64,000 nt of DNA from Trichoplax sp. H2. Lineage: Eukaryota. The stretch is from positions 434,001 to 498,000 of the forward strand of contig NOWV01000015.1 in assembly GCA_003344405.1 (NCBI GenBank), written 5' to 3'. Numbering within the stretch: the first letter of the stretch is position 1; each line of letters begins with the position of its first letter. The notes beneath the pieces are model-generated. The model saw only the letters and a list, made by a program, of their open reading frames with translations. It did no database searches and was not told where the DNA came from. The translations under genes were made by a program, and so were the position numbers. Below are positions 28,401 to 40,517 of the stretch, one piece after another.

Positions 28401-30683
28401 ATCGTGATCAATGTCACATCTGGATGTACCAGATACCATCATCATTTATCGATGTAATGTCTAGCTCATTTCCAGTACACTGTCCGGCCTTGAATTCTTA
28501 ATGAGTAAGTTTATCAGCTAAGAAATTTTCGTTATCCAAAGTATCTTTCAATTAGATCAACCTTGTCAATTGGCTAGATTGCACCTTAAAATGTTAACTA
28601 CATACTTGCAATTTCTACCCATACTAAATTGCCATCCTTGAGATCTATTTCGATTCTGTTGAAATTTTGGTATGGACGAGACATTTGTATTAGACTACAC
28701 ATAACTGTAAAGTACTTCTTCGTTCAGCTTATAGTCAATATTTACGTAATGTGCATGGTTACATACGCTAGATTCAATCATTACTTACTATCAATGTCAT
28801 ATACTGTAAAGCTCGATCGATAAACTGTTCCATGCCCGTATCTTAGTTAATTGTGAATGGTCATGCAGTCTTGCAGCATAGCGTACTCTATCATCATCTA
28901 TCGACTCAGTTTTAATAAGCCGCCTCATTCTAACATTCATGGTTTTAATTACTTGCATTTTTGTTATTAATATCTAGTAGTACCATTATCGATATCTACC
29001 AGTTTTTTTATTCCAGCAAAATCTCAATACGAACCCACCGTTAGCAGACAAAATAAAGATACTCGTACTTGTAAAGTATGATTAATACAGTACTATATAG
29101 ACGATTAGTCTACGCATCATCGTGCATGTCTGCAAATTGATTTCTTACCTAGTTTAGAATTAGTGTTCATGAAATGCATACTGGTATGCTACGCACAACC
29201 ATGACTTATCAATGTCATGCACACTATAGGTCAATTGTGATAAACCGTTCGATCTTCATGTAGTCTAAACGAATGTTCAAGTAGTGGATAATGATATATT
29301 GTAGCAGGTGCTAGCCTACTGTCCATGACTTATCAATGTGTTATCTAGTTTAAATTCGATAATCGTTTCATTTAACTATTTCATCATATTAACTTTTTGC
29401 AATTGTAATAATAAACTATCATCAATATCGATCATAATTATTTATTGTAGTACAATTTCAACGTAAATTCACAATATCATCATTTCTGATCAACTCTCCT
29501 ATTTTGATGTGCATGCAACTAACGTCATACAATCTTTACAGTACAGGGAGTGTACACTATAGCAGGTGCCATCATCCATCATCATTTACATCCATATCAA
29601 GTATTGCTCAATTCTGACTGGCTGTCCTATCTAGATATTTTTGAAGCTATGTTGACATAATCTATAGCATACCAGGTGCTATCATTATATTTAATTGTCA
29701 ACATGATTCTTTGCTCAATTTGGATAAACTATCTCATCAGAACTTTCATCATGTTCATTACTGTTAGTTGCCATCAGTAGACTATCATCGAAACGCATTT
29801 TACTATACTACATTAGTGGCCTTTGATTGGAACCGAATTGGAACATTTAGCTACCTGTTAATGACTACAGTCCTGTATACTATTGCTGACTAGACGATTA
29901 GTCTGCTTAGAGACCTGAGGTACCTGCAATCCACCCTTCTCCATCTAATTTGTAACATTATTTTTAATATAGGGTATAGACAATCCTCGATACATTCATT
30001 TATCAATGTTACATCCAGCTCGATTCTGATGAACTATCTGAAGTTCTAATTTACTATTAATCAAGTCGCTAATTAACTGTAAGTTAGCGTTGCTAAGGCA
30101 ATCTTTCTCCCCTTACGCTAATTATTGGCTACTCTACAATTCCTGAAACTAATCGATTACCTAACAACAACACCTACACCACAGCAAGATAGGACATACG
30201 TATGCATCAATCAACTACAGAGGCCATCACTGAGCAAGAACGTTAGACCACAGCATTAGTCAATTCTTGATCGATCGAAGTGTACTGTTGCTGTTGAAGC
30301 AATACTGCCATCTTTTAAACTCTTATGGAAATGGATGAAAGCATCTACTACAGCAGTCGATTGCCTTACTTTTCTACACACGTGGATAAAAAAAATGAAT
30401 CCTCTTAGAAAGAATTTAAACTAGAAAATGACGAGGCTGATTGAACTAGGCAAAGGAGTCACTGAATGACTGGAATATCTCAATGATTAATTGGCTTTTC
30501 CTCTTGAATCCCATACTCGATCATGACATTGGTGTCGAATTTACCGCATAAAATGATTCCAGTTAGCAATTACTTTTACCTTATTGCAGCAGAATAACCT
30601 TGATAGGGTATAGTCTTTGGAAAAGAGGTTAAATGACTTTTGCTACTGCTTGGACGTTGCCTAAAACCAGTGGCGGTCGCCAT
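16462..30683 (-). CDS. DNAAF9: Dynein axonemal assembly factor 9 (C20orf194/Shulin family), more than 30 short exons
   Basis: Exon 1 30683-30580 (MATATGFRQ..YSAAI) joins in phase 2 to 27455 (S-NARLRKIQSII..DGILCILG). Later exons read [89 protein letters not shown] and the C-terminal PLPAGCFYNGLQYV..QHPYFEQRIEEY. Stop at 16462-16464. Not every internal exon was mapped. Confidence 0.9.
16589..16831 (-). other. U12-type (minor spliceosome) GT-AG intron, last intron of DNAAF9
   Basis: 5' site GTATCCTTA, imperfect branch TCCTTAC at 16611-16605, TAG acceptor. Splicing gives in-frame H-P-Y-F-E. Confidence 0.75.
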
Positions 30684-31124
30684 TTTCACTGCCAACGTTG
30701 CCAATGAACGAGTCAAGTCAACCTACTAGGGATGACGTGCCTTGTTGATATTGACTTAATAGGCGATTGACACCACTATCGTACCCAGTTGGGGGTAGGT
30801 TCGGTCCGTTTAACGACTCTTTGAGCTGCGTGTCTTGCTGACAGGTGTCACTACAACAGTAGCTGCACTGGCAGGGTAGAGCATAATGCCGCAGTCAATA
30901 TCTATGAGAACAGTATGGCGAGAGAGAGGCGCAATTTGAATACAATCCAGTTGTGTTAGTACCATAAGCGTGTTATGTGTTCTATTCAGTATCAAGCACT
31001 ATACAAAGTCCACTCTCGACGTTGATTCCCATACTGTGCCTATCATCAGCGGTCACGATCCAACAAAATGACGCATGTTGAATGCTCAGTTGACGTCAAC
31101 TGGAGAGAGAATCCGAAAGGAGGA

Positions 31125-33505
31125 TTGCGCCAATTTGCAATGGCCGTAGAAATCCAATATTCCTCCATCTACGGTCCTGCTTTGAAGGAAAATCGACTAG
31201 AAATTCGCTATATTATTGAGCAGTGCACAATACGACAGCTTAAACATGCCCATGATATACTGTACTTGTACAATTTTCTCAGATGACGGTGATTGACGAT
31301 TTCATTCTGACCATTAATAAGGTAATCGTAGCTATGTTACTGCGATCCTATTTGCTGATCTTCTTGGTGTGTGCTAAGAATCATCACAGCGCCAATTTGC
31401 AATGGCCATAGAATCCAACATTCCTCAATCTACCGTCCTACTTTGAAGGAAAATCGACTAGAAATTCCCTATATTTTTGAGCAATGCACAATACGACAGC
31501 TTAAACATGCCCATGATATACTTGTACAATTTTCTCAGATGACGGTGATTGACGATTTCATGCTGACCATTAATAAGGCAATCGCAGCTATGTTACTCCG
31601 ATCCTATTTGCTGATCTTCTTGGTGTGTGCTAAGAATCATCACAGCGCCAATTTGCAATGGCCATAGAATCCAACATTCCTCAATCTACCGTCCTACTTT
31701 GAAGGAAAATCGACTAGAAATTCGCTATATTTTTGAGCAGTGCACAATACGACAGCTTAAACATGCCCATGATATACTTGTACAATGTCAATGCATGTCT
31801 AATGTATCAGTAGGACAGCTTAAACGAAGTGTATAAAAAAATTTATGCAAAATGATCAGGCCTATTGTACAATTTTCTCAGATGACGGTGATTGACGATT
31901 TCATGCTGACTATTAATAAGGCAATCGCAGCTATGTTACTGCGATCCTATTTGCTGATCTTCTTGGTGTGTGCTAAGAATCATCACAGCGCCAATTTGCA
32001 ATGGCCATAGAATCCAACATTCCTCAATCTACCGTCCTACTTTGAAGGAAAATCGACTAGAAATTCCCTATATTATTGAGCAATGCACAATACAACAGCT
32101 TAAACATGCCCATGATATACTCGTACAATTTTCTCAGATGACAGTGATTGACTATTTTATGCTGACTATTCAATGAAAAGTAGACGTTAACTAAAGCAAC
32201 ATTGCGCCAATTTGCAATGGCCGTAGAATCTCAATCTACCGTCCTACTTTGAAGGAAAACTGACTAGAAAATTAGCTATACTGTACTGTTGAGCAGTGCA
32301 CAAGACGACAGCTTAATAAACATGCCCATGATATACTTGATATGGATTATAGAAACTTGTTTGCGCCGTATATCCGATATGATATACTTGACACTTGCAC
32401 AATTTTCTCAGATGACGGTGATTGACGATTTCNNNNNNNNNNNNNNNNNNNNTGACTATTAATAAGGCAATCGCAGCTATGTTACTGCGATCCTATTTGC
32501 TGATCTTCTTGGTGTGTGCTAAGAATCATCACAGCGCCAATTTGCAATGGCCATAGAATCCAACATTCCTCAATCTACCGTCCTACTTTGAAGGAAAATC
32601 GACTAGAAATTCCCTATATTATTGAGCAGTGCACAATACGATAGCTTAAACATGCCCATGATATACTTGTACAATTTTCTCAGATGACGGTGATTGACGA
32701 TTTCATGCTGACCATTAATAAGGCAATCGCAGCTATGTTACTGCGATCCTATTTGCTGATCTTCTTGGTGTGTGCTAAGAATCATCACAGCGCCAATTTG
32801 CAATGGCCGTAGAAATCCAATATTCCTCCATCTACGGTCCTGCTTTGAAGGAAAATCGACTAGAAATTCGCTATATTATTGAGCAGTATACAATACGACA
32901 GCTTAAACATGCCCATGATATACTTGTACAATTTTCTCAGATGACGGTGATTGACTATTCAATGAAAAGTAGACGTTAACTAAAGCAGCATTGCGCCAAT
33001 TCGCAATGGCCGTAGAATCTCAACATTCCTCAATCTACCGTCCTACTTTGAAGGAAAACTGACTAGAAAATTAGATATACTGTACTGTTGAGCAGTGCAC
33101 AAGACGACAGCTTAATAAACATGCCCATGATATACTTGATATGGATTATAGAAACTTGTTTGCGCCGTATATCCGATATGATATACTTGACACTTGCACA
33201 ATTTTCTCAGATGACGGTGATTGACGATTTCATGCTGACCGTTAATAAGGCAATCGTAGCTATGTTACTGCGATCCTATCCGCTGATCTTCTTGGTGTGT
33301 GCTAAGAATCATCACAGCGCCAATTTGCAATGGCCGTAGAATCCAATATTCTTCAATCTACCGTCTTATTTGGAGGAAAATCGACTAGAAATTCCCTATA
33401 TTATTGAGCAGTACACAATACGTCAGCCTAAATATACCCATGATGTACTTGACACTTGTATAATTTTCTCAGATGACGGTGATTGATGATTTCATGTTGA
33501 CCATT
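31125..33505. repeat. Tandem satellite-like array, 256-bp monomer with variant units
   Basis: GCGCCAATTTGCAATGGCC..GAAGGAAAATCGACTAGAAATT.. recurs about nine times, with a period of 256 between 31371 and 31627. N gap at 32433-32452. Confidence 0.95.
32433..32452. other. Assembly gap (20 N)
   Basis: Run of n inside the satellite. Confidence 1.
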
Positions 33506-35223
33506 GGAGAGTCGACATAACCTGGCCATACTTTAAGTGATAGTATACTCGGCACGGACTCGATAGGATTGTAATAGGGAAATGATCAGCATCTATTTGA
33601 AATATTTTAGTGTCTTTCTATTGATTTATAAAACTACGACATTCTTAAAGACAGACCTGCTGTGTATACCATTTCGTGTGTAGTTCTTACCTTTGCGGAT
33701 GATTTGGTAGCTGCCAACAATCTGCAACATTACGGATGCTGCGGTTACTTAGTGTATAAATGTACATACTCTCGTACAATAGTCTTGCTCATGTATCATC
33801 GACTAGAACAAGAATTGGACGGGGCATGTTTTTCTTTATAAACAAAACACTGTACAGTACTTGGTCATGGCCTACTAGATTTTTGTGCTGGCGGATAGGT
33901 GGTGGACAAAATAATTGGGTAAAAATTTCGAAAGGGCAAAATATTTAGTCAAATGCAGGACACTGCTAGGTATACAATCTCGTAGTCCATGATTTAGTAC
34001 AAGAATTTAAAACCTTCCCACTTACCGCGTTATGACAGATATGCACGAACGTCGTTGTGCAGGAATAATGATAGTATAATTATAAGCGTATACGAGTATA
34101 TAATGTTGAATAATTGCAATCATTAATTGAGATAATACAGTATACAGGACTATATTATAATCAGATTCAATTTGTTGTTAGTAGTAACTATAACTGCGCT
34201 ACTTAAAGATGGAATTCATCGTTTACTTTTTATCTGTGCAAGTTTAAAGTTCGTAGTCTTCAAGCTATATCTGCTGCGGACTTGTAATGACATGTATAAA
34301 TTCCACATGTGTCAATAAGCCGAAAATATCGTCGACATATCATGTTTAAAAGCTATTTCAATTAACTTCGTTCCACAATGACGGATATAAGTCATATGAC
34401 ATTGTAGCATTTGGACTGTTCCAAGGGATTTCTGATATGCCTACTAATATCGACTATTGCATGCTTATTTTCTACAAGTCGGCGAGCTATTACAGTAAAT
34501 TACACATTATTAATCAAAATAACAGTAGAAAATGATATTGTTCTAGTCGAGTAAGTCAATGCAACAATCTATTAGAATCCAGCTCGAAAATCGTGTACAA
34601 ACACCCATTGAAAAAAGGAACAACCGATTCGAGATTATAGATTAATAATAATAAACACGTATAAACAACAAGGGTTTTAGGTATTCCCGAAGTTGCTTCC
34701 TGATACGTTGATTTTATTGTTTTCATAGCTATAATTACGAATATAAAAACTCTGATACCGCTAAAAGGAAACCTTTCATTAGCATACCAAGTAGATTAAA
34801 AGTGATGACTCATCTTTGAATAAAAATTCGAAAGTATTTTATACAGTTTGAGATTAACCGCTAAACGGATAGTATTATACAATGGAGTTACAACAAATTC
34901 ATCATTGTCAATTCAATATATAATATACAAACAAATAGAAGATGACCGAGAATAGATTCAATCTATCAAATCGCCATATGAGCAACTCTGTTTATCAAAT
35001 AGTGCTAATATCAGACATTAAACAACGTCTATATTGCTACTACACAAGTTTGATCATTGATAATTAAAAAGAGGTAAGACAGAAACATCTATCGAAACTT
35101 CTCTCCTCTCCTTTGATTTCAAGTACTCAACTCGTAACGATACGAAATTTTCCAAGCGAATCATAGCATATAATGATAGTTAGTATTTTATACATAAAAT
35201 GAAATTACTGCTGCCTTAGTTGA

Positions 35224-38200
35224 TTAGTTTCTTAAATAATTTTGGATACGATTGATTTTATTAAGCATAACAGCTTCACGGTCTCGTAATTTCTGGTTAA
35301 CATCAACCTAATGAGAAAGATTTTAAAATGCATCAAGGATAACTTTTAAAAGTATCACTTGTCCCTACACAAGTATTATAATTAGCAGCTAGCACAATAC
35401 CGAAATGCATCTAACGGTTAACATTTACATACTATACTATCTAATAACATAAGGGAAAGATCAGAAAGGCAATAATTCTTACTTGTAATCCATCTAAAAC
35501 GTCATTGGTTACTGTCTTAATTAAATCCTTCACGTCCTTTAGAGGCAAAGTAGATTCTTCTGGGACTAATTCAACTTCGTCTTGCTTATTCTCTTCTACA
35601 GTCCCTATCATTCATTTAAATGTATTATTGCCATGATTCAACAAAATAATTTTTTATTTCATAAACAGAACAGATGGAATCCTTCCATGTAGCAATACCT
35701 TCATCTTTGGCTTCTTCTATTTGAGCGGCTAGTAATTCAGCCTCTTCCCTTGCCTATTAATTAACGAAGCTGCATAAGACTTTACTGGAATAATCTGAAT
35801 AGCACATTCGCCGAGTAACACAATATATGATCCTATACCTTTTGTGCTTCAGCTTCTTCAGCTTTTGCTTGCTCATCAAGCTGTAGCACTTGTTCTGAGA
35901 TACCTTCATCCATTGGAAGTGGATAGTCGATATTCAAAATAGGCGGATGTTCAATATCATACTGCCAGAAATAGGATGAGTTCAATAAAACGTAAATAAC
36001 GATGATTTGAATTGTGAATGAAATTCATCTGCAGTCGATAAAGTAATTGGATGGTAGCTATGTGATCAAATTCTGATTTTTAACCAGATAAAGTGCAGTA
36101 TACTTACCGCTAAATGTAAGTTCTCTTGCTCTTGATCTGTAGTAAAGAAATTCTTGTACAGCTTATAGTGCTGATAAAGGCTAAATTACAATTGTAAGAT
36201 ATCGCAAGTTAGATTACATAAATTAAATCTCACTTCATTGAATATCATAAGTAGCATTTCTTTGTGACTACTTACGATGTCATAAAGTAGTCGATAATTA
36301 CTTTACTGTTTTGATTATCAAAGCAGCTTAATGGACTGTATATTTCTCCTATTGTTGACATTAACTGTCTAAAATATTTCATATTTTCTTCAAAATTCAT
36401 TTTTTTATCTAAACAGAATGTCAAGAGAAGATTGAACATTAATTCAAGATAGCATGAGGAGTAAATTACCAATATTCCTAAAATCTATTTGAAAGCTAAG
36501 CTTGATATAGTACCCGACATATCAAGCACTAATTTATAGTAGTAGTAAATGATAAATAATTCATTTCTTATCGATCAGAATGAAAAATCAACTCCTAGAA
36601 TACACGAAGATAGATTACAGCAAAAGCTTTGAAAATAGTTACCTTGAATATTTTCCAGTAATACTTTCAGCAAGGTAAAGAACCCTGATCCTTGCTGTGG
36701 AGAAAAGCCTTGCTCTTTAGCGAACGTAGCATTAGTTAAGGTAAACACTATTCAATATTTATTGATCATTAAATGCATCCTTAGCCTAATAGTAATCACT
36801 CTTGTCATCATGAACTTCACCCTTTGCCCTAAATAATCGTTCTAGCGTATCTTAGAACTGACGCTAAATATTCTCATAAAAGTGTTTTGGCTACAACCGG
36901 TCGCGCTGTTATAACTGCATGTATTGTAAACTGAAATATTTTATCACCGTTTTAAACATCATTATCGCATAACATAGCCGATCCATAATGACATAAATGA
37001 TAGTCTTTAATTCTTACGCTATTAATTTTGTGTCATATTTCAAATTATCAGTGCCTGAAATACAGCCTACATTTTTACACCAGAAGGAAGGAAGAATCAA
37101 AAGCTAGAGTCGAACATAGTACTATCCTAACATCCATCATAAGGCTTTGGCATCTAATTGTAAGCTATCTTAAAAATGGAACAATTTTCTTACTTTAAAA
37201 ATTGACTATTGGCTTCGGCTTTCGGCATTTCTTATAATTTTCATCACTTTTTACGGTATACACATTCCAAGCCATTACTGAAATTCTATTGCATTCGTGT
37301 CCCTGTTAAACTATCTTGATTAATTATTAATTATTATAATAACGGCCATCATTTTGGTACTGTAAAATCAATATTACATTCTAGCTTAATTAATAGAATT
37401 AACTAGGTCTATGCGTATCTAATTGTCAAAATGTTGATAATAACCAATCAGTAATACTAAATTATAATGATTGTGCGGCAATAGATATAGCTTTAAAAGA
37501 ATTTATCTTTTTAGCTACTGGTCATGAAGAGGATATCATAATCCGGCTACATAATAATCCAATACGATTACTTGTGATAGGGAAGTCTCGTAGCCATCGA
37601 GAAGTAAATATTCAGACATTTTCCTAGGCAAAATTTGGTAACACTCTCGTTAGTATCGCAAGAGATTGCTCATTATTAGCATTATATAGGAATATTGGAT
37701 CTTACTTATGACGATATAGATAGCAATCAATCATTTACTTACTCCTGTAACACATCAATATTTAGTTCAAGTAGTGCTTGAGTTTGCTCAAGCGTTAAAT
37801 ACTTAAACACAAATGATTCTGGCTTTTCGATGCCGGCACTTTCATCATCACGCTATAATAAGAACAAGTATATATCGTTATATTCAACGCCAGTCCTTAT
37901 TCCAAGATATGTATTCATTAATCCATTTTACATCATCAGAGTATCTTGTTACTAATGTCAGTGTATAATCGACAGGAATTTAATGGATGTCCCAATTTAA
38001 ACATCTTCAATATTGTAACTAACATCACCTAAGTAACTTTTTCGAACGAGAATATCTCCCTTATCTGGTCTAATAACTATCATTATCGTCATAATGGTCA
38101 AATTGCTTTAGCGATCAATAGTTAGAGCGTAATTTTGGCAAAAGTCCTCAACTAAATATGAAATTCTCGATATCCAGTTCATCTACTGATAGTAAATCTA

Positions 38201-38524
38201 CCGTGCTTAAGTTATAGTCTGCATTAAATGTCGACAAACTTAGGACTATCGAGACTTTATTTAAATGGCAAACCGATCGCTGACAGACAAGTACTATAGC
38301 GTGATCGATTAACATTTTGATAATCTTGAAGGACGAATCCAACATTGATTTTTAAATCTTCTATCAATCGAAATATTTTCAAATTTACTTACTGATGAAC
38401 GCCTAATTCTTGTCTCTTTTGTCGATGATGATCTTATTTTCGGCATTGGTACTTGGCCTAATAGAATTTTATGACTTAGACCTTTAAGACTACCTCTCCT
38501 TTTCAAGTTAACGTTATTAGCCAT
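35224..38524 (-). CDS. CABCOCO1: Ciliary-associated calcium-binding coiled-coil protein 1 (C10orf107; C1a-32/CFAP119-related family)
   Basis: Exons 38524-38393, 37852-37743, 37623-37537, 36725-36643, 36408-36276, about 36180-36108 and further exons to the stop at 35224. They give KYLTLEQTQALL..VLDYYVAGLWFAKEQGFS..IIDYFMTSLYQHYKLY..VNQKLRDREAVMLNKINRI, matching recalled CABCOCO1 (LLDYYVSGFLWA, IIDYLKISLFQHYKLY). Exon 1 is less certain. Confidence 0.85.
36726..37536 (-). other. U12-type AT-AC intron in CABCOCO1
   Basis: 5' site ATATCCTCT at 37536, branch CCTTAAC at 36741-36735, AC terminus at 36727-36726. Splicing removes an in-frame TGA and restores TG|G = Trp. Confidence 0.9.
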
Positions 38525-38586
38525 AAACCGAAATTAGTCACCTAATCGTTTTGTGATCAAGATATTATACGCAAGCGCATCGCGTT

Positions 38587-38600
38587 GTTGCCATGGATAC
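38587..38600. promoter_or_regulatory. RFX X-box upstream of CABCOCO1
   Basis: GTTGCCATGGATAC (reverse strand GTATCCATGGCAAC), about 60 bp upstream of the ATG of a ciliary gene. Confidence 0.75.
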
Positions 38601-40517
38601 TTCTGTAACAGAAAAGTTTTCATTTGAAATGTATAAGCATTTAGCCCTAAGGTTATAAACAATATAATACTATTATGATATAGTTGAATGTATTTTATGT
38701 TAGAATAATGCCCACTTTACATAACCGTATCTAATTTAAACAATGCAATAGATGAATGTAAGATATCCATCTGGAGCAAAATACGAAATAGTTAGCAAGA
38801 TTGAGCTGTGTCAAGCTTCTTCAATTTTGCAGATAGAAGCATTTAGACGGGTTGACAGCGCAATCGATTTCATGATAACACACCAGGAAAAATCTATTGC
38901 TTGATCTTGAGCATTTACCAATTTTAAGTTTCAAGGATCAGACAACAGTGAATAAATTTATGAAGCTTGTAGCAGAGCTACAATGCTGTCGTACGTTATA
39001 ATACTTAGCAGGTTAACATAGCAGCTGATTCTTCGTAATGTATAAGCGAATTATAGCAAACACGATCCTGTTTTGATCAGACGTTCGGTAAAGATGATTG
39101 AAATTTGAAATTCGCTAAACTTTGTACAACTGTTATTTATAATTATACTCCAGCCCTATTATAAGGCATGAATATCGCCCAGATTTAAAGGAGGCAGTTG
39201 ACATTTATTTGTGATATATCTGTGGTTTTACTATTCAAATAAGCTATTTTGAAAAGCGAAAATCATGGGCACATCGGAACTAACGCAGTTTTATAGTACT
39301 TAAATCCCGAAATATATTCAAGTAATCAACACTGCTTCACATCAAAAGGAACATTAATTCGTGGATAAATTACAGACTTTGCATTATTTTCATTTAGACA
39401 GTTAATTAATAATATTAATAAATAATTACATAATTACCGACGTGAAGGTAATTATTAACAGTACCATTATAATTACACACTCGTATACGAAGTATAATTG
39501 TTATTTTCATGAAGGAAATGCCTGGATTAGTACAACGGTAGGAGGTCAAACTCTTAAAACCTCATAATAAAACAATATAGAAGCAGCTGTAGGTATAATA
39601 GTTGTACTGTAGATATGATTTCTATATAGTCGAAAAATCTTTAAAATTTATCCTAGCAATCAATTATTTTATTACAAGTGAAAGTATGACCAATGCGTGA
39701 ATAATCTCAAGCTTTTTACTTCTTCGGGTAGCCGCAGTTGCTAGCTTAAGCAATTATTTTAGAAAAAACAGACTCTAAGTATAACTGCAAACAACAAGGT
39801 CTGCATATGCGCCAAAGCTAGGATCTGTGTTTTCAGTAGCCATGTTACCTGATTACAGGCAGTCATTATAGTTTCGTTCCAACAAAAGTAACTAACTGCG
39901 GAATTATCGGAAGTGAAGAATTTAATACTTATATCGGTGCACAGTTTACGATTTGGTTTCCATCATAAAGCTATACATCTCTTTGCTTGATTATACTGTA
40001 ATCTACAAGTTTAATGTTATTATTGTTGCAAATTTGACTAAGGTACTGCATAAGCCCTTACAGTACAAGCATTTAAAATTGTAAAACGTAAAAATTGCAC
40101 CCACTGACTGCACGAATCAGCCAGCAAACTGAAATTTTAAACTAAAGCACGATGGAACGATTCACAGCAGTCCTCGGTATAAGTATGATCATTTATTCCT
40201 TTAAGATTAAAAGTATAATACACTAGAATAACAATAATATACCTGAATATTAATGGTTATAATTATTTATAAAAGTAAGGTAGCAAGAAACGCTAATTCA
40301 TGCGTGTATAAACGAGATTGTACTCTTAACACTTACTTAAATGCATTAGAAAACAACCGTTACATCAACATCGTATTCTAATTATAGAGCGATTTTTCAG
40401 TTATGCTAATCTACAGACAACCAGACGATTAATTTAGGTAGTAGATCATCTCGAAGATAAATGATATCAATGATTTCTAATGTTACGATGACGTTGCATA
40501 TCAATAAAACGCAAAAA

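Noticed and set aside
31068-33339. Repeated ORFs (MLRIITAPICNG..), CRISPR-like or RNA-gene array
   Set aside because: Satellite translations with non-ATG starts. There are no unique spacers and no recognisable 5S, tRNA or snRNA motifs, and the context is eukaryotic.
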